A stretch of 64,000 nt of DNA from a virus (taxonomy: Duplodnaviria; Caudoviricetes), in IMG/VR virus record IMGVR_UViG_3300037067_011302, positions 32,001-96,000 of that record, one strand, 5' to 3'. The notes under the pieces are model-generated. The model was not told where the DNA came from. It did no database searches and was given only the letters and a program-made list of their open reading frames with translations. Below are positions 30,033 to 38,714 of the stretch, in pieces. Every line of letters starts with the position of its first letter. Positions within the stretch are counted from its first letter, which is position 1. A program made the translations under genes and the position numbers.

Positions 30033-31235
30033 TCACCCGATGATGAGCGCCTTCGGGAATGGAACATAACGAAGTTGCTTCTGCATGTTCTCGGCCAACG
30101 TTGCCTGCTGTTCCATCAACGCATTGTGCGTCAACTTTTGCAACCACTCCTTGATCTGATCACGTAGGCGCGTTTGATCTTCTCTTCCTTCCGACCTCAG
30201 CGCATCACCGTTCAACGTCAATTCTGAATTTGGAATTGGAATTGATTGGTACTTTGAACGCACGAGTCCCAATAGTTCCTTACACAAAGCAAGACAATAT
30301 TGCCTGATCCACTGTCGACCAGGCTGCGTGATTGACGAGAACGGAATGTTCGACACTGGAAAATTGTTCGGTCCTGAAATGCCGTACAACGTTGAGTCGG
30401 CAGCCGATCCTGACATCAATCCTCCGCCGATCGCCGTGGGATCAACCGGATTTGTCGGGGACGTTCGCACCCGCAGGAACAACTTTCCCAACTGAATTGC
30501 AGTCGAAGGAACGGGAAAAATCTTCAAGTTGCTGCCGAATATGCCATAGCTATAGTTCGACCTACGCACTCTGAATGCAGTCTCCAACATTCCTCTTCGA
30601 AGGATGTCCTCAAACACAGGTAGCACATAGAAGACCGTGCTGTTGACGTAGCTCTCATAGTTGAAGTTAGTCGCAAGGAAGTTTGTGATGTTTGAAGCAT
30701 TCAAGAGAAAGTGCTGTGCCGCGAGCGGCTCAAAGTGAAACACCTCCATGATTCGCATTGCACTGCGCGAGCCCGATGGAACTGTCTGCCAAAGGTTGGT
30801 TCCACTCACTAGATGCTTGACGTCTGCATAGATGTTGTAATCTTGTTGTCCAGCGACGAGGTCGATGTAACCCATCTGAGCGTCGTACTGACCTCCGACG
30901 AACGCCTCGCCCGCGTAAGGCTCTGCCTGCCTGATCAGGTACTCTAATGATTGACGTGGATAGACGTTGGTTAGGTTCGTCGATCCTGTCGGAAGTCCAA
31001 GCACGTTGACGAGTTCGGATTGAATCTTAAGCTCATGAATCAAGCGACTGTATTCACAGACAGCTTCCTCAAAGCACGCCCAAATCTGCTTCTTGGTACA
31101 CTCAACGCTCAGGACGTCGTCGCCGAGCTTCCTTTTCACGTACGTCACCATGCCGTCGGCCTCAACCTGGAATGTGGCGTCGTCATCAAAGAATGAGAAC
31201 GGCGTTGGATTCGGCGTCTGTACGAATGTCGGCAT
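30033..31235 (-). CDS. Neck protein / head-tail adaptor (gp13-like)
   Basis: KRKLGDDVLSVE, WIRQYCLALCKELLGLVRSKY, LTLNGDAL; start corrected to MPTFVQ, 5 nt after TACTTA. Confidence 0.85.
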   Translation of the reverse strand: MPTFVQTPNPTPFSFFDDDATFQVEADGMVTYVKRKLGDDVLSVECTKKQIWACFEEAVCEYSRLIHELKIQSELVNVLGLPTGSTNLTNVYPRQSLEYLIRQAEPYAGEAFVGGQYDAQMGYIDLVAGQQDYNIYADVKHLVSGTNLWQTVPSGSRSAMRIMEVFHFEPLAAQHFLLNASNITNFLATNFNYESYVNSTVFYVLPVFEDILRRGMLETAFRVRRSNYSYGIFGSNLKIFPVPSTAIQLGKLFLRVRTSPTNPVDPTAIGGGLMSGSAADSTLYGISGPNNFPVSNIPFSSITQPGRQWIRQYCLALCKELLGLVRSKYQSIPIPNSELTLNGDALRSEGREDQTRLRDQIKEWLQKLTHNALMEQQATLAENMQKQLRYVPFPKALIIG

Positions 31236-31261
31236 GACACTAAGTATGCGCCGCGCGCAGG

Positions 31262-31465
31262 ATGGTATACGATGATCACATGACCGCGACAATTGAAAAG
31301 ATCATTGAGGACATTGACCGCTTGAACGTTGAGATCAACGAAGCGCGTGCCGAAGGAAAAATTGAACTCATCAGAGCACTAGAGGGACAGCGTAACACGT
31401 TGGAAAAGTGCCTGAAGACGTTCAACCGTGTTCTCAGCGAAAACATAAACGTCTTGAAAGGATGA
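31262..31465 (+). CDS. Hypothetical coiled-coil protein; likely start 31280
   Basis: Short helical ORF; TACGAT -10 box 6 nt before ATG 31280. Confidence 0.55.
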   Translation: MVYDDHMTATIEKIIEDIDRLNVEINEARAEGKIELIRALEGQRNTLEKCLKTFNRVLSENINVLKG

Positions 31466-31466
31466 C

Positions 31467-31688
31467 ATGACACAAAGAGTGAACCTATATCAACCAATCG
31501 CAGCTGACCGTGCCGGACCGCCGCCTCTCACGATCCGTGCAATCGTGATACCGAACGTCGATTACACGATTGGAGGAACGATCGGATCGACTGAGCGTGC
31601 AGAGACCTACGTGCTCTTGTCGGCACTTCCAGACGAAATACGATCACGTGTGATCACGGCCGTCCAAGCGTTGATCAGTTCAATGTGA
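31467..31688 (+). CDS. Hypothetical protein
   Basis: 73-aa ORF with AAGGA SD, coupled to the previous gene. Confidence 0.55.
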   Translation: MTQRVNLYQPIAADRAGPPPLTIRAIVIPNVDYTIGGTIGSTERAETYVLLSALPDEIRSRVITAVQALISSM

Positions 31689-31718
31689 CGTGTCCAGAAC
31701 ACGCTTCCTATTTAGAGC

Positions 31719-32504
31719 GTGCAGACACTTAGAAAAGGAGCAACAGGGGCAGAAGTCAAGTCGTGGCAGCTCTTCTTGAGGGGTAGCGTTCCTAACAGCG
31801 AGATGATCGTCGACGGCATGTTCAACGACGCAACGTTGATTGAGACGATCGCGTTCCAGAGTGCACATGGATTAAAGCCAGACGGCGTCGTCGGACCATT
31901 GACGTTCGCCACGGCAATGTCACTTGGCTTTGACCCAACACGTGATGACAGCGGCGACGAGAACGGTCCCAATTGGCCCCCGAAGCCTGATTGTTGGCCC
32001 ATCTCCTACTACGATAGGGAACACCTATTCGGCGTCATCAAGTACGTTCCAGCTGCCATTCCGGGGAATCCTGAAGCAGTGTCGATTGTGAACGATTGGG
32101 CAAGGCACAACATCATGACGATCGACGTTCCTCAACTCGTCGGCGTGAAGAATGCGTCAAAGGCAGGCACAATCTTCATCCACAAGGTGATCGCAAAGCA
32201 AACGCTCGACCTCTTCGCGGCATGGGAATCCGCAGAATTGACAGGTCGATTGCTGACGTGGGACGGCTCATGGGTGCCCAGGTTCGTCAGAGGATCACGT
32301 TCAGTCCTGTCGAATCATTCATGGGGAACAGCATTCGACATCAATGCACAGTGGAACATGATCGGTCGTAGGCCGGCGTTGAAGGGACACAAAGGTTGCG
32401 TCAGAGAACTCGTTCAAATTGCGTACGATCACGGATTCTACTGGCTCGGATGGAAGACACAGAACTGCGACGGAATGCACTTTGAAGCATTCAAGATAAT
32501 GTGA
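31719..32504 (+). CDS. Endolysin: peptidoglycan-binding domain plus M15-family Zn peptidase
   Basis: LRKGATGAEVK..Q..L, AFQSAHGLKPDGVVGPLT, SNHSWGTAFDIN, DGMHFE. Confidence 0.9.
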   Translation: MQTLRKGATGAEVKSWQLFLRGSVPNSEMIVDGMFNDATLIETIAFQSAHGLKPDGVVGPLTFATAMSLGFDPTRDDSGDENGPNWPPKPDCWPISYYDREHLFGVIKYVPAAIPGNPEAVSIVNDWARHNIMTIDVPQLVGVKNASKAGTIFIHKVIAKQTLDLFAAWESAELTGRLLTWDGSWVPRFVRGSRSVLSNHSWGTAFDINAQWNMIGRRPALKGHKGCVRELVQIAYDHGFYWLGWKTQNCDGMHFEAFKIM

Positions 32505-33320
32505 TTGAACGAGGACAACATGCACAACATCATCAACAAGAATGGCTTCATTTCAGAACGTGGTGGAACAAATTCACTGCACGTCGACGTTGACTCAACG
32601 TTCGTTGGAACAACGACGATCAGCGGTTCGCTGAGCGTTCCACAATCTCACAACGTCCTACACGTTGAAATCGGTGGAAATGACGTGATTGGAAATGGAA
32701 GCATAACTACACCATATGCAACGATCACCAAAGCGTGTGCCGTGGCAAGCGCAAGCACACCGACGATAGACAATACATGGGGAATTCTTGTCGGTGCAGG
32801 AACCTTCATTGAGTCAGAGATCAACGTTCCTCCTTACTCATCAATCTATGGATTGGGACCAGGTACGACGAAGATTTCTGCATCGTCTGTCGCGTCGTCT
32901 GTCGTCAATTTGAACGGTGTGCGAACGCGGTTAGAAAATTTGACAGTCGTCGGAATGGGCACAGGTTCAGCAAACGTTGGCGTCAATATTAACACGGGAA
33001 TTTGTGCCTACATTGAAACTCCAAGGGTTCAAAATGTAACGATCAGAGGATGTGAAATCGGAACGTGCGTTACGTCAGGTTCAACGGCTACGTACTTCAA
33101 CGTACGATCGTTCGACAATCGAATTGGCTATTGTGCCTCGAGCAGCAACGAAGTTGACATATATGTCGCGCCTGCATCGCGTGTGAGGTCTCCCGCAGTG
33201 AGCGAGCATGTGACTCCGGTGAGCACGTTTGCCACGTCGTTCATGCCGAATCGGATGTTGTCCCCCGCGATCGGCAGAGCTGTCGCGGCGGACTTAACGG
33301 TGACCGACGTAGTGGCGTAA
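32505..33320 (+). CDS. Tail fibre/spike N-terminal part with beta-helix (pectin-lyase-like); truncated
   Basis: GNDVIGNGSITTPYATITKA, ILVGAGTFIE, YGLGPGTTKI; last ~52 aa are the antisense reading of an inverted fragment. Confidence 0.7.
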   Translation: MNEDNMHNIINKNGFISERGGTNSLHVDVDSTFVGTTTISGSLSVPQSHNVLHVEIGGNDVIGNGSITTPYATITKACAVASASTPTIDNTWGILVGAGTFIESEINVPPYSSIYGLGPGTTKISASSVASSVVNLNGVRTRLENLTVVGMGTGSANVGVNINTGICAYIETPRVQNVTIRGCEIGTCVTSGSTATYFNVRSFDNRIGYCASSSNEVDIYVAPASRVRSPAVSEHVTPVSTFATSFMPNRMLSPAIGRAVAADLTVTDVVA

Positions 33321-33340
33321 TAGTACCCAGGGCCTACGAT

Positions 33341-34810
33341 TACACTACATGGTCGAACGAAGTCATTGAGTCAGGCTCATCATTGGCGCAAGATTTCAGT
33401 GTGTATGCAGGAAAATCCGGCCAAGCGTTGCAGTTCAAGGCACTCGTCGCAGGAACGAACATCACGTTGTCGTCGGCATCAAACACGATCACAATCGATG
33501 CTTCGGCAGCAGGAGAGGCCAACACAGCGTCGAACTTAGGTGCTGGCGAAGGAGTGTACAACAGCAAGTCGGGTGTTGACTTGCGGTTCCGGTCACTCGT
33601 TGCCGGCACGAACATCACGTTAGCGTCAGCCTCGAACACGATCACGATCGATGCATCTGCTGCCGGAGAGGCTAACACGGCATCGAACCTAGGTGCTGGC
33701 GAAGGAGTGTACAACAGCAAGTCGGGCATAGACCTGCGGTTCCGGTCACTCGTTGCCGGCACGAACATCACCCTTCAGTCAGGGTCAGACTCCATCACCA
33801 TTGACGCCTCGGCGGCAGGAGAGGCCAACACAGCGTCCAACTTGGTGCCCGACTTCGGTCTATACGCATCGAAGTCTGGCGTTGACATCAGGTTCAAGGC
33901 GCTCACGGGCTCAGGTGGCGTGTCACTGTCATCAGGATCGACCACGATCACGATCACCGGTGAACAATCGACCGGAAGCAACGTAGGAGGCTTCACAGAG
34001 GTGTTCAAGTCACGTCTGTCTGGTGGAACGCTCGAATTCAGGACGCTCGAAGCACTCACCGGAACGCTCGGCGGTACACTGAACGTAACTCAGACAACGA
34101 ACACGATTCAGGTCGGCGTTAGGGCACTACGCGGAGCATCATTCTTTGAGGATGACTTCTGTTCAAATTCATCCGTCGGTAGGCTCGACCTGTTGACGAC
34201 GTTGAACGGAAACGGCTCAGCAGTGGCACCGTCAACGGTTGGAATTGACACCGTTCCAATTGCACAGTGTTGTGGCGTGTTGGAACTAAAGACAGGAACG
34301 AATTCCTCAGGCCGCGCGGCGGTGGGTTCATACGCCAGTGCAGTTCGTTTGGATTTTGCACAATCAACGGTCATGGAGTGGCGCATGTCACTTCAGGCGC
34401 TATCGACTGCGACGCAAGAATACGTTGCAACGTTCGGTTGGATGGACAACTTCGCGGCCGGTGACCACGTTGATGGCGCATACTTCGAGTACGATCGACT
34501 CACGGCAGGTGACTTCTGGAGGTGTTGCACAGCGACCAACTCATCTCGAACGAAGGTCACGACTTCAGCACCGGTGACGGCGGGTTCATCGTTCGACAGG
34601 TTCACGATCTACACGAACTCTGGAAGCACTGTGGCAACGTTCTACGTGAACGACTCACTCGTGGCAACGATCTCATCCAGCATGCCGATCGGCGTCGGAA
34701 GGTCAACGGGATATGGCGCAAAGATCCAGAAGTCCGCAGGCACAACGAGCAGATCGCTCTACTCCGACTACATCAGTGCGATCATCAACTGGCCCAGTGG
34801 ACAACGCTAG
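33341..34810 (+). CDS. Tail fibre C-terminal part: 51-aa repeats plus lectin/ConA-like domain
   Basis: Repeats GEANTASNLGAGEGVYNSKSGVDLRFRSLVAGTNITL; C-terminal FFEDDF...ATFYVND...LYSDYI; frame open from 33158 with no good start. Confidence 0.75.
   Translation, partial: YTTWSNEVIESGSSLAQDFSVYAGKSGQALQFKALVAGTNITLSSASNTITIDASAAGEANTASNLGAGEGVYNSKSGVDLRFRSLVAGTNITLASASNTITIDASAAGEANTASNLGAGEGVYNSKSGIDLRFRSLVAGTNITLQSGSDSITIDASAAGEANTASNLVPDFGLYASKSGVDIRFKALTGSGGVSLSSGSTTITITGEQSTGSNVGGFTEVFKSRLSGGTLEFRTLEALTGTLGGTLNVTQTTNTIQVGVRALRGASFFEDDFCSNSSVGRLDLLTTLNGNGSAVAPSTVGIDTVPIAQCCGVLELKTGTNSSGRAAVGSYASAVRLDFAQSTVMEWRMSLQALSTATQEYVATFGWMDNFAAGDHVDGAYFEYDRLTAGDFWRCCTATNSSRTKVTTSAPVTAGSSFDRFTIYTNSGSTVATFYVNDSLVATISSSMPIGVGRSTGYGAKIQKSAGTTSRSLYSDYISAIINWPSGQR
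33512..33970 (+). repeat. 153-bp tandem coding repeat (3 copies plus partials)
   Basis: GGAGAGGCYAACAC unit starts at 33512, 33665 and 33818. Confidence 0.9.
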
Positions 34811-35040
34811 CCGACCCACGAACGACGCACGACCGAATTAACGACGACGACGTTCACTCGTAGTGGATCATAGTCGTTCACCATGTTACGACGAATGCCA
34901 TCAAGCGATGCGATCCGAAGGCGTAGGCCGTCAGACTTCAACCTCTTAAACGCAACGTCCAACATCGTACCAGCGAGACGATCAGACGTTCGACGAGCAA
35001 GTTGCTTCAACCTGTAATGATCAGCGATCACGTTTTGCAT
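34807..35040 (-). CDS. Peptidase-inhibitor I78 / potato-inhibitor-like small protein
   Basis: LAG..L..A...L...G.RLR...DG....VNDYDPLRVNVVV.N.VV....VG pattern. Confidence 0.6.
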   Translation of the reverse strand: MQNVIADHYRLKQLARRTSDRLAGTMLDVAFKRLKSDGLRLRIASLDGIRRNMVNDYDPLRVNVVVVNSVVRRSWVG

Positions 35041-35083
35041 TTTGCACTCCTAACATGATCATATCACACAGGCCGTCGATCGT

Positions 35084-35416
35084 TCACCGTCGCCGACGGC
35101 GGAACTTCGCCTTCTTGCCGATCGCCGGGAACCTCGGTTCAGGAGGTCCGATCGCATCATCAGGCTGCTCGACGTGTTCGAGAATCGGTTCGCACTCGGA
35201 TGATGACGTGATGCCATTGATCGTGGCTTCAGCGTCACGAAGCCACTTCTGTGCGAGGGGGGCTGACGCGGCCTTCGACTGTTCTGTCAGAGCGTCAATG
35301 ATGATGTACTTGTCCTGTTCGGCAACGTGATCCAACCCATCGCCCTTGGAGAGATATTTGAGCTCATCGTAAAGTGCGAGCAATTCGTCAGGTGTGAACT
35401 TGATCTTGAATGACAT
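35084..35416 (-). CDS. Hypothetical protein
   Basis: 110 aa, GGAGG SD. Confidence 0.65.
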   Translation of the reverse strand: MSFKIKFTPDELLALYDELKYLSKGDGLDHVAEQDKYIIIDALTEQSKAASAPLAQKWLRDAEATINGITSSSECEPILEHVEQPDDAIGPPEPRFPAIGKKAKFRRRRR

Positions 35417-35504
35417 ATTCCTCCGACATCAATCCTACGCCGCCCAAGAACCAACGAACACTTGAAACGACAAAAGGCACTGAATTTAGTGCCTTCACCC
35501 TTCA

Positions 35505-36068
35505 TCACGTAACGCCGTACGTGACGTTCAACTTCAGAGCCTTCGTCCACCCTGGTGGATAACGACTCACGTAGTAGGTATAGGAGGTGTCCTCAGAATC
35601 CCAGAGAGTGAACCACCGTCCTGAACGCATGATTCTCTTGACGTCACATACCACATCAGGTCCCAATTCGAAGCTGAGCCTACAATGATCGGCGGACGCG
35701 CTGAACTCACCGTATTCTTGTTCGTCATCAATCTTCACCGATGAAAGCACAAGCAATACGCTCTTGTCGATGAACTCAGAACACTTGTCGAGCGAGAACT
35801 CAGGCGTCTCATCTTCAGAATCGTCATCGTCTCCACACCCAGGCTCTTCATCGCACTCAGGTTCTTCACCATCGTCCCAATCAACGCTGGGACCATCATG
35901 ACAATCGCAGAACTCGGAGCACGACTTGCGATGCTCTTCAGCTTCAACAACGACATCAAGAACCTTCATGACAAGTTCATCAATGCCCGGACGTTCTTCT
36001 TCAAAGAGCGTCTTGCTCTGCATCAACACATGAACAATGTCAATCACATCACGTTCTGTCAACTTCAT
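35505..36068 (-). CDS. Hypothetical acidic protein
   Basis: 187 aa, GAGG SD, D/E-rich linker. Confidence 0.65.
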   Translation of the reverse strand: MKLTERDVIDIVHVLMQSKTLFEEERPGIDELVMKVLDVVVEAEEHRKSCSEFCDCHDGPSVDWDDGEEPECDEEPGCGDDDDSEDETPEFSLDKCSEFIDKSVLLVLSSVKIDDEQEYGEFSASADHCRLSFELGPDVVCDVKRIMRSGRWFTLWDSEDTSYTYYVSRYPPGWTKALKLNVTYGVT

Positions 36069-36127
36069 GATTCTTCCTCGCTATGTACAATAGAAGACAA
36101 CCCCACTACACCGTTCACTGCCTACGT

Positions 36128-36445
36128 TCAGACAGAAAGTCCCGTCTCAAGGTAGTGTTTGTAGAGAAGTAGGTACAACGTACGCGCCTGATGACCCGTC
36201 AATGTCATGCCGAAGCCCACGTCATCGCCCGATTGGATCGACAACCTCGTCGAATTCGATCGACGATCCGTCACGGCCTCAAAGTACGTATCGTTGTCAT
36301 CACGACGGGCGGTGCTCGTCCTACTACAATTGTTCCCGTGCTTGTGAACGATCCTTGCCGACTTATTCTTGCTCTGCATACGATTCCTACCTTTTGGATT
36401 CGACCGACGTGGCCGACAACAGAATCGTATGCTATGGAGTCTCAA
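36128..36445 (-). CDS. Hypothetical protein; likely start MQSKNK at 36379
   Basis: ORF behind a TGAACG-N17-TACGAT promoter. Confidence 0.6.
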   Translation of the reverse strand: MRLHSIRFCCRPRRSNPKGRNRMQSKNKSARIVHKHGNNCSRTSTARRDDNDTYFEAVTDRRSNSTRLSIQSGDDVGFGMTLTGHQARTLYLLLYKHYLETGLSV

Positions 36446-36476
36446 ACGTTCAAGCGTAAGATCAATTCGATATCAC

Positions 36477-36989
36477 TCAGGTGGGCAGCCCAGACAACGT
36501 GATCGAACCGGTGTTTGCCATGAGAAGCCAACGATAACCGTCAGAAATCATCGCAACTGAACCGCTAGCAGGCATCGACAACTTCGTGCCAACGCGTTGC
36601 ATGGTACCAGATGCCCACACAGGCATCACGAACACGCCGCCCAACGTTGAGAACGAAGAACCCGTCAACTGCCAGTCATAGATCCCAGCAGTGTCGGTCA
36701 CCACCAACGTCGAACCCGGCCACGTCTTCGCTGAAGGAACGCTTCCAGTAAAGTACCCTGCACCACCACTTCCGCTAGCAGCAACGGTGTAATACCCCGG
36801 TGCTGACAACGTCACAGAACCACTGGCGGTTGCAGCAACTGGAGTGACGGCAACAGTACCCATTGTGACAGTTCCAACGACGGACATTGCTCCAGCGACC
36901 GTCACAGCGCCAGCAACAGTCAAAGCATTACCAACCGACAGGTTCTGCGAACCGTCATCAACCAAACCCCTTGAATCAATCTTAGCCAT
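36477..36989 (-). CDS. Small Gly/Ser/Thr-rich virion (fibre/decoration-like) protein
   Basis: Beta-rich composition, ends MISDGYRWLL; TACTTA box and GAGGTG SD. Confidence 0.6.
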   Translation of the reverse strand: MAKIDSRGLVDDGSQNLSVGNALTVAGAVTVAGAMSVVGTVTMGTVAVTPVAATASGSVTLSAPGYYTVAASGSGGAGYFTGSVPSAKTWPGSTLVVTDTAGIYDWQLTGSSFSTLGGVFVMPVWASGTMQRVGTKLSMPASGSVAMISDGYRWLLMANTGSITLSGLPT

Positions 36990-37044
36990 AGCTCACACCT
37001 CAATGTCTAAGTATCGATGCGAACCTGAAGTTGACGACTCACCT

Positions 37045-37140
37045 TCACTCAACGCCGTCTTCCTTCGAAATTGCAAACACGAACACGAAGCAGATGACAA
37101 TCCAAAATATGATCTCGAGGACCTTCGCCAGAACGTCCAT
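37045..37140 (-). CDS. 31-aa single-pass membrane peptide
   Basis: MDVLAKVLEIIFWIVICFVFVFAISKEDGVE with GGAGG SD; below the ORF-track cutoff. Confidence 0.55.
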   Translation of the reverse strand: MDVLAKVLEIIFWIVICFVFVFAISKEDGVE

Positions 37141-37173
37141 TGCAGTACCTCCAAATTGAAGATGATCAGACAA

Positions 37174-38679
37174 TCACTTGCTCAATCTCATCATCCTAAT
37201 TGATGAAATTTCATTGTGTTCATGGCGAGCAAGAACGTTCGTTGACCGCTTTTGATCAAGCTTTTCCAACATCTGATCGAGAAATTTTACGTCAATTTTC
37301 TTTGCAACTTCAATTCGAACGTCGTAGCTTTCATCATCCATCATCCCAGGAAGGTACGATGGATCAATGCGTCTAGCGACCGCGAGTCGAACGCTATAGT
37401 GATCGTCGTTCATCATCTCAGACAGATGTGACTTATCAATCCTATGCGCAACCGCACGACGAACGGCAACGTCACTATCGTGCATCATCTCAGGTAGATA
37501 ATCATCGTTAATTCGTTCTGCGACTGAATACCTTACCTTCCAACTCTCATCATGCATCATCTTAGACAGGTGTTCCAGATCGACGGAATCTGCGGCTGCA
37601 AGTCGCATTTCCACGTCATCATCGTGGATGAAGTTGACCAAGTATGACGGGTGAATCCTCGAAAGGATTAGAAGTCGAACGTCGTGTGCTTTTTCTCTCT
37701 CAAGCATCTCAGGCAGGTATTCTTGATCGATGCGTTTAGCAACGTGATATCGAACGGTGGCGTCTCTGTCCTTCATCATTAACTGAAGGAAAAGTTTGTC
37801 AACGTACTTTGAGACAACTTGCCTCACCTTGACGCTCTTGTGCTTCACAAATTGTTCAATGATGTCGGCATCAATCTTTTCGAAAATTGCTTTCAACGTG
37901 ATTGAATCATCCTTGTACAATTCAACCGATGAGACGATCTCCTCTCGCGAGGCCTCACCCAACTTGATCTTTGCCAGCACACTCTTCTCACGTTCCGGAG
38001 CATCGTCGGTGACGATGTCGGCAAGTTTCTCAAGTTCCTCAGGAACGCCACCCAAATTATAATCGGCGGCATCGTAGATCTCTAACTCTATGACGTTGTT
38101 GATCAAATCACGTTGCACGGCAAACGCTAACTTGTAAAATGAGTCAGTCTTTGGCAACGTTTTTGATAGTGCGAAGTAGAACACCACGTTTGCACCGGTG
38201 TACTGCTCGAAGTACGACGCATTCGCCATCGTGATACACCACTTCGTTCCGGCACCGTACAACTGTGCTGCCTTCTTGTCCTTGATGTAGATGAGTTCAT
38301 ATTCATCATCATCAATGATTTTCTCCGCACCGGCGACCTTCGTCGCCTTACGCTCCTGTGTCTTTGTCGGTGCGATCGACTTCAACTCATTCTCAAGTTC
38401 CTTCAGAGATTTATACGAGTTGATGTCCTTGTTCTTGACCCGCGATGTGCTCTTGTGAAATAGCTCAATCGTTGGAATCAAGTCATTGACGCTCACGCCG
38501 GACGATAACTGCTTCACTCCCCACAACAGGTACTTTTGTGAGCCAGATGGATCTGAGGATGCGAGTTCATCGATCTCCTTCTCAAGATCAGGGTACTTTG
38601 TCTTCACGTCGGAGACGCGGTCCTCAAGCAGCAGGACTTCACGGATGACACGTCGCAGCGTTCCGAGAACGATCTTCAT
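37174..38679 (-). CDS. Repeat-family paralogue 2 (~8 24-aa LRV/HEAT-like repeats)
   Basis: MKIVLGTLRRVIREVLLLEDRV..., GTKWCIT; own TATTTA box. Confidence 0.85.
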   Translation of the reverse strand: MKIVLGTLRRVIREVLLLEDRVSDVKTKYPDLEKEIDELASSDPSGSQKYLLWGVKQLSSGVSVNDLIPTIELFHKSTSRVKNKDINSYKSLKELENELKSIAPTKTQERKATKVAGAEKIIDDDEYELIYIKDKKAAQLYGAGTKWCITMANASYFEQYTGANVVFYFALSKTLPKTDSFYKLAFAVQRDLINNVIELEIYDAADYNLGGVPEELEKLADIVTDDAPEREKSVLAKIKLGEASREEIVSSVELYKDDSITLKAIFEKIDADIIEQFVKHKSVKVRQVVSKYVDKLFLQLMMKDRDATVRYHVAKRIDQEYLPEMLEREKAHDVRLLILSRIHPSYLVNFIHDDDVEMRLAAADSVDLEHLSKMMHDESWKVRYSVAERINDDYLPEMMHDSDVAVRRAVAHRIDKSHLSEMMNDDHYSVRLAVARRIDPSYLPGMMDDESYDVRIEVAKKIDVKFLDQMLEKLDQKRSTNVLARHEHNEISSIRMMRLSK

Positions 38680-38714
38680 GGCGCTAAATATAGCGACACG
38701 ACATCATTCGTGGA

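Noticed and set aside
33156-33340. Invertase-controlled tail-fibre switch
   Set aside because: No flanking inverted repeats or recombinase seen, and inversion alone would not restore the reading frame.
35505-36068. MKLTERDVIDIV as another capsid-targeting leader
   Set aside because: Lacks the basic residue and closing Glu, and has an early-type rather than TAYTTA promoter.
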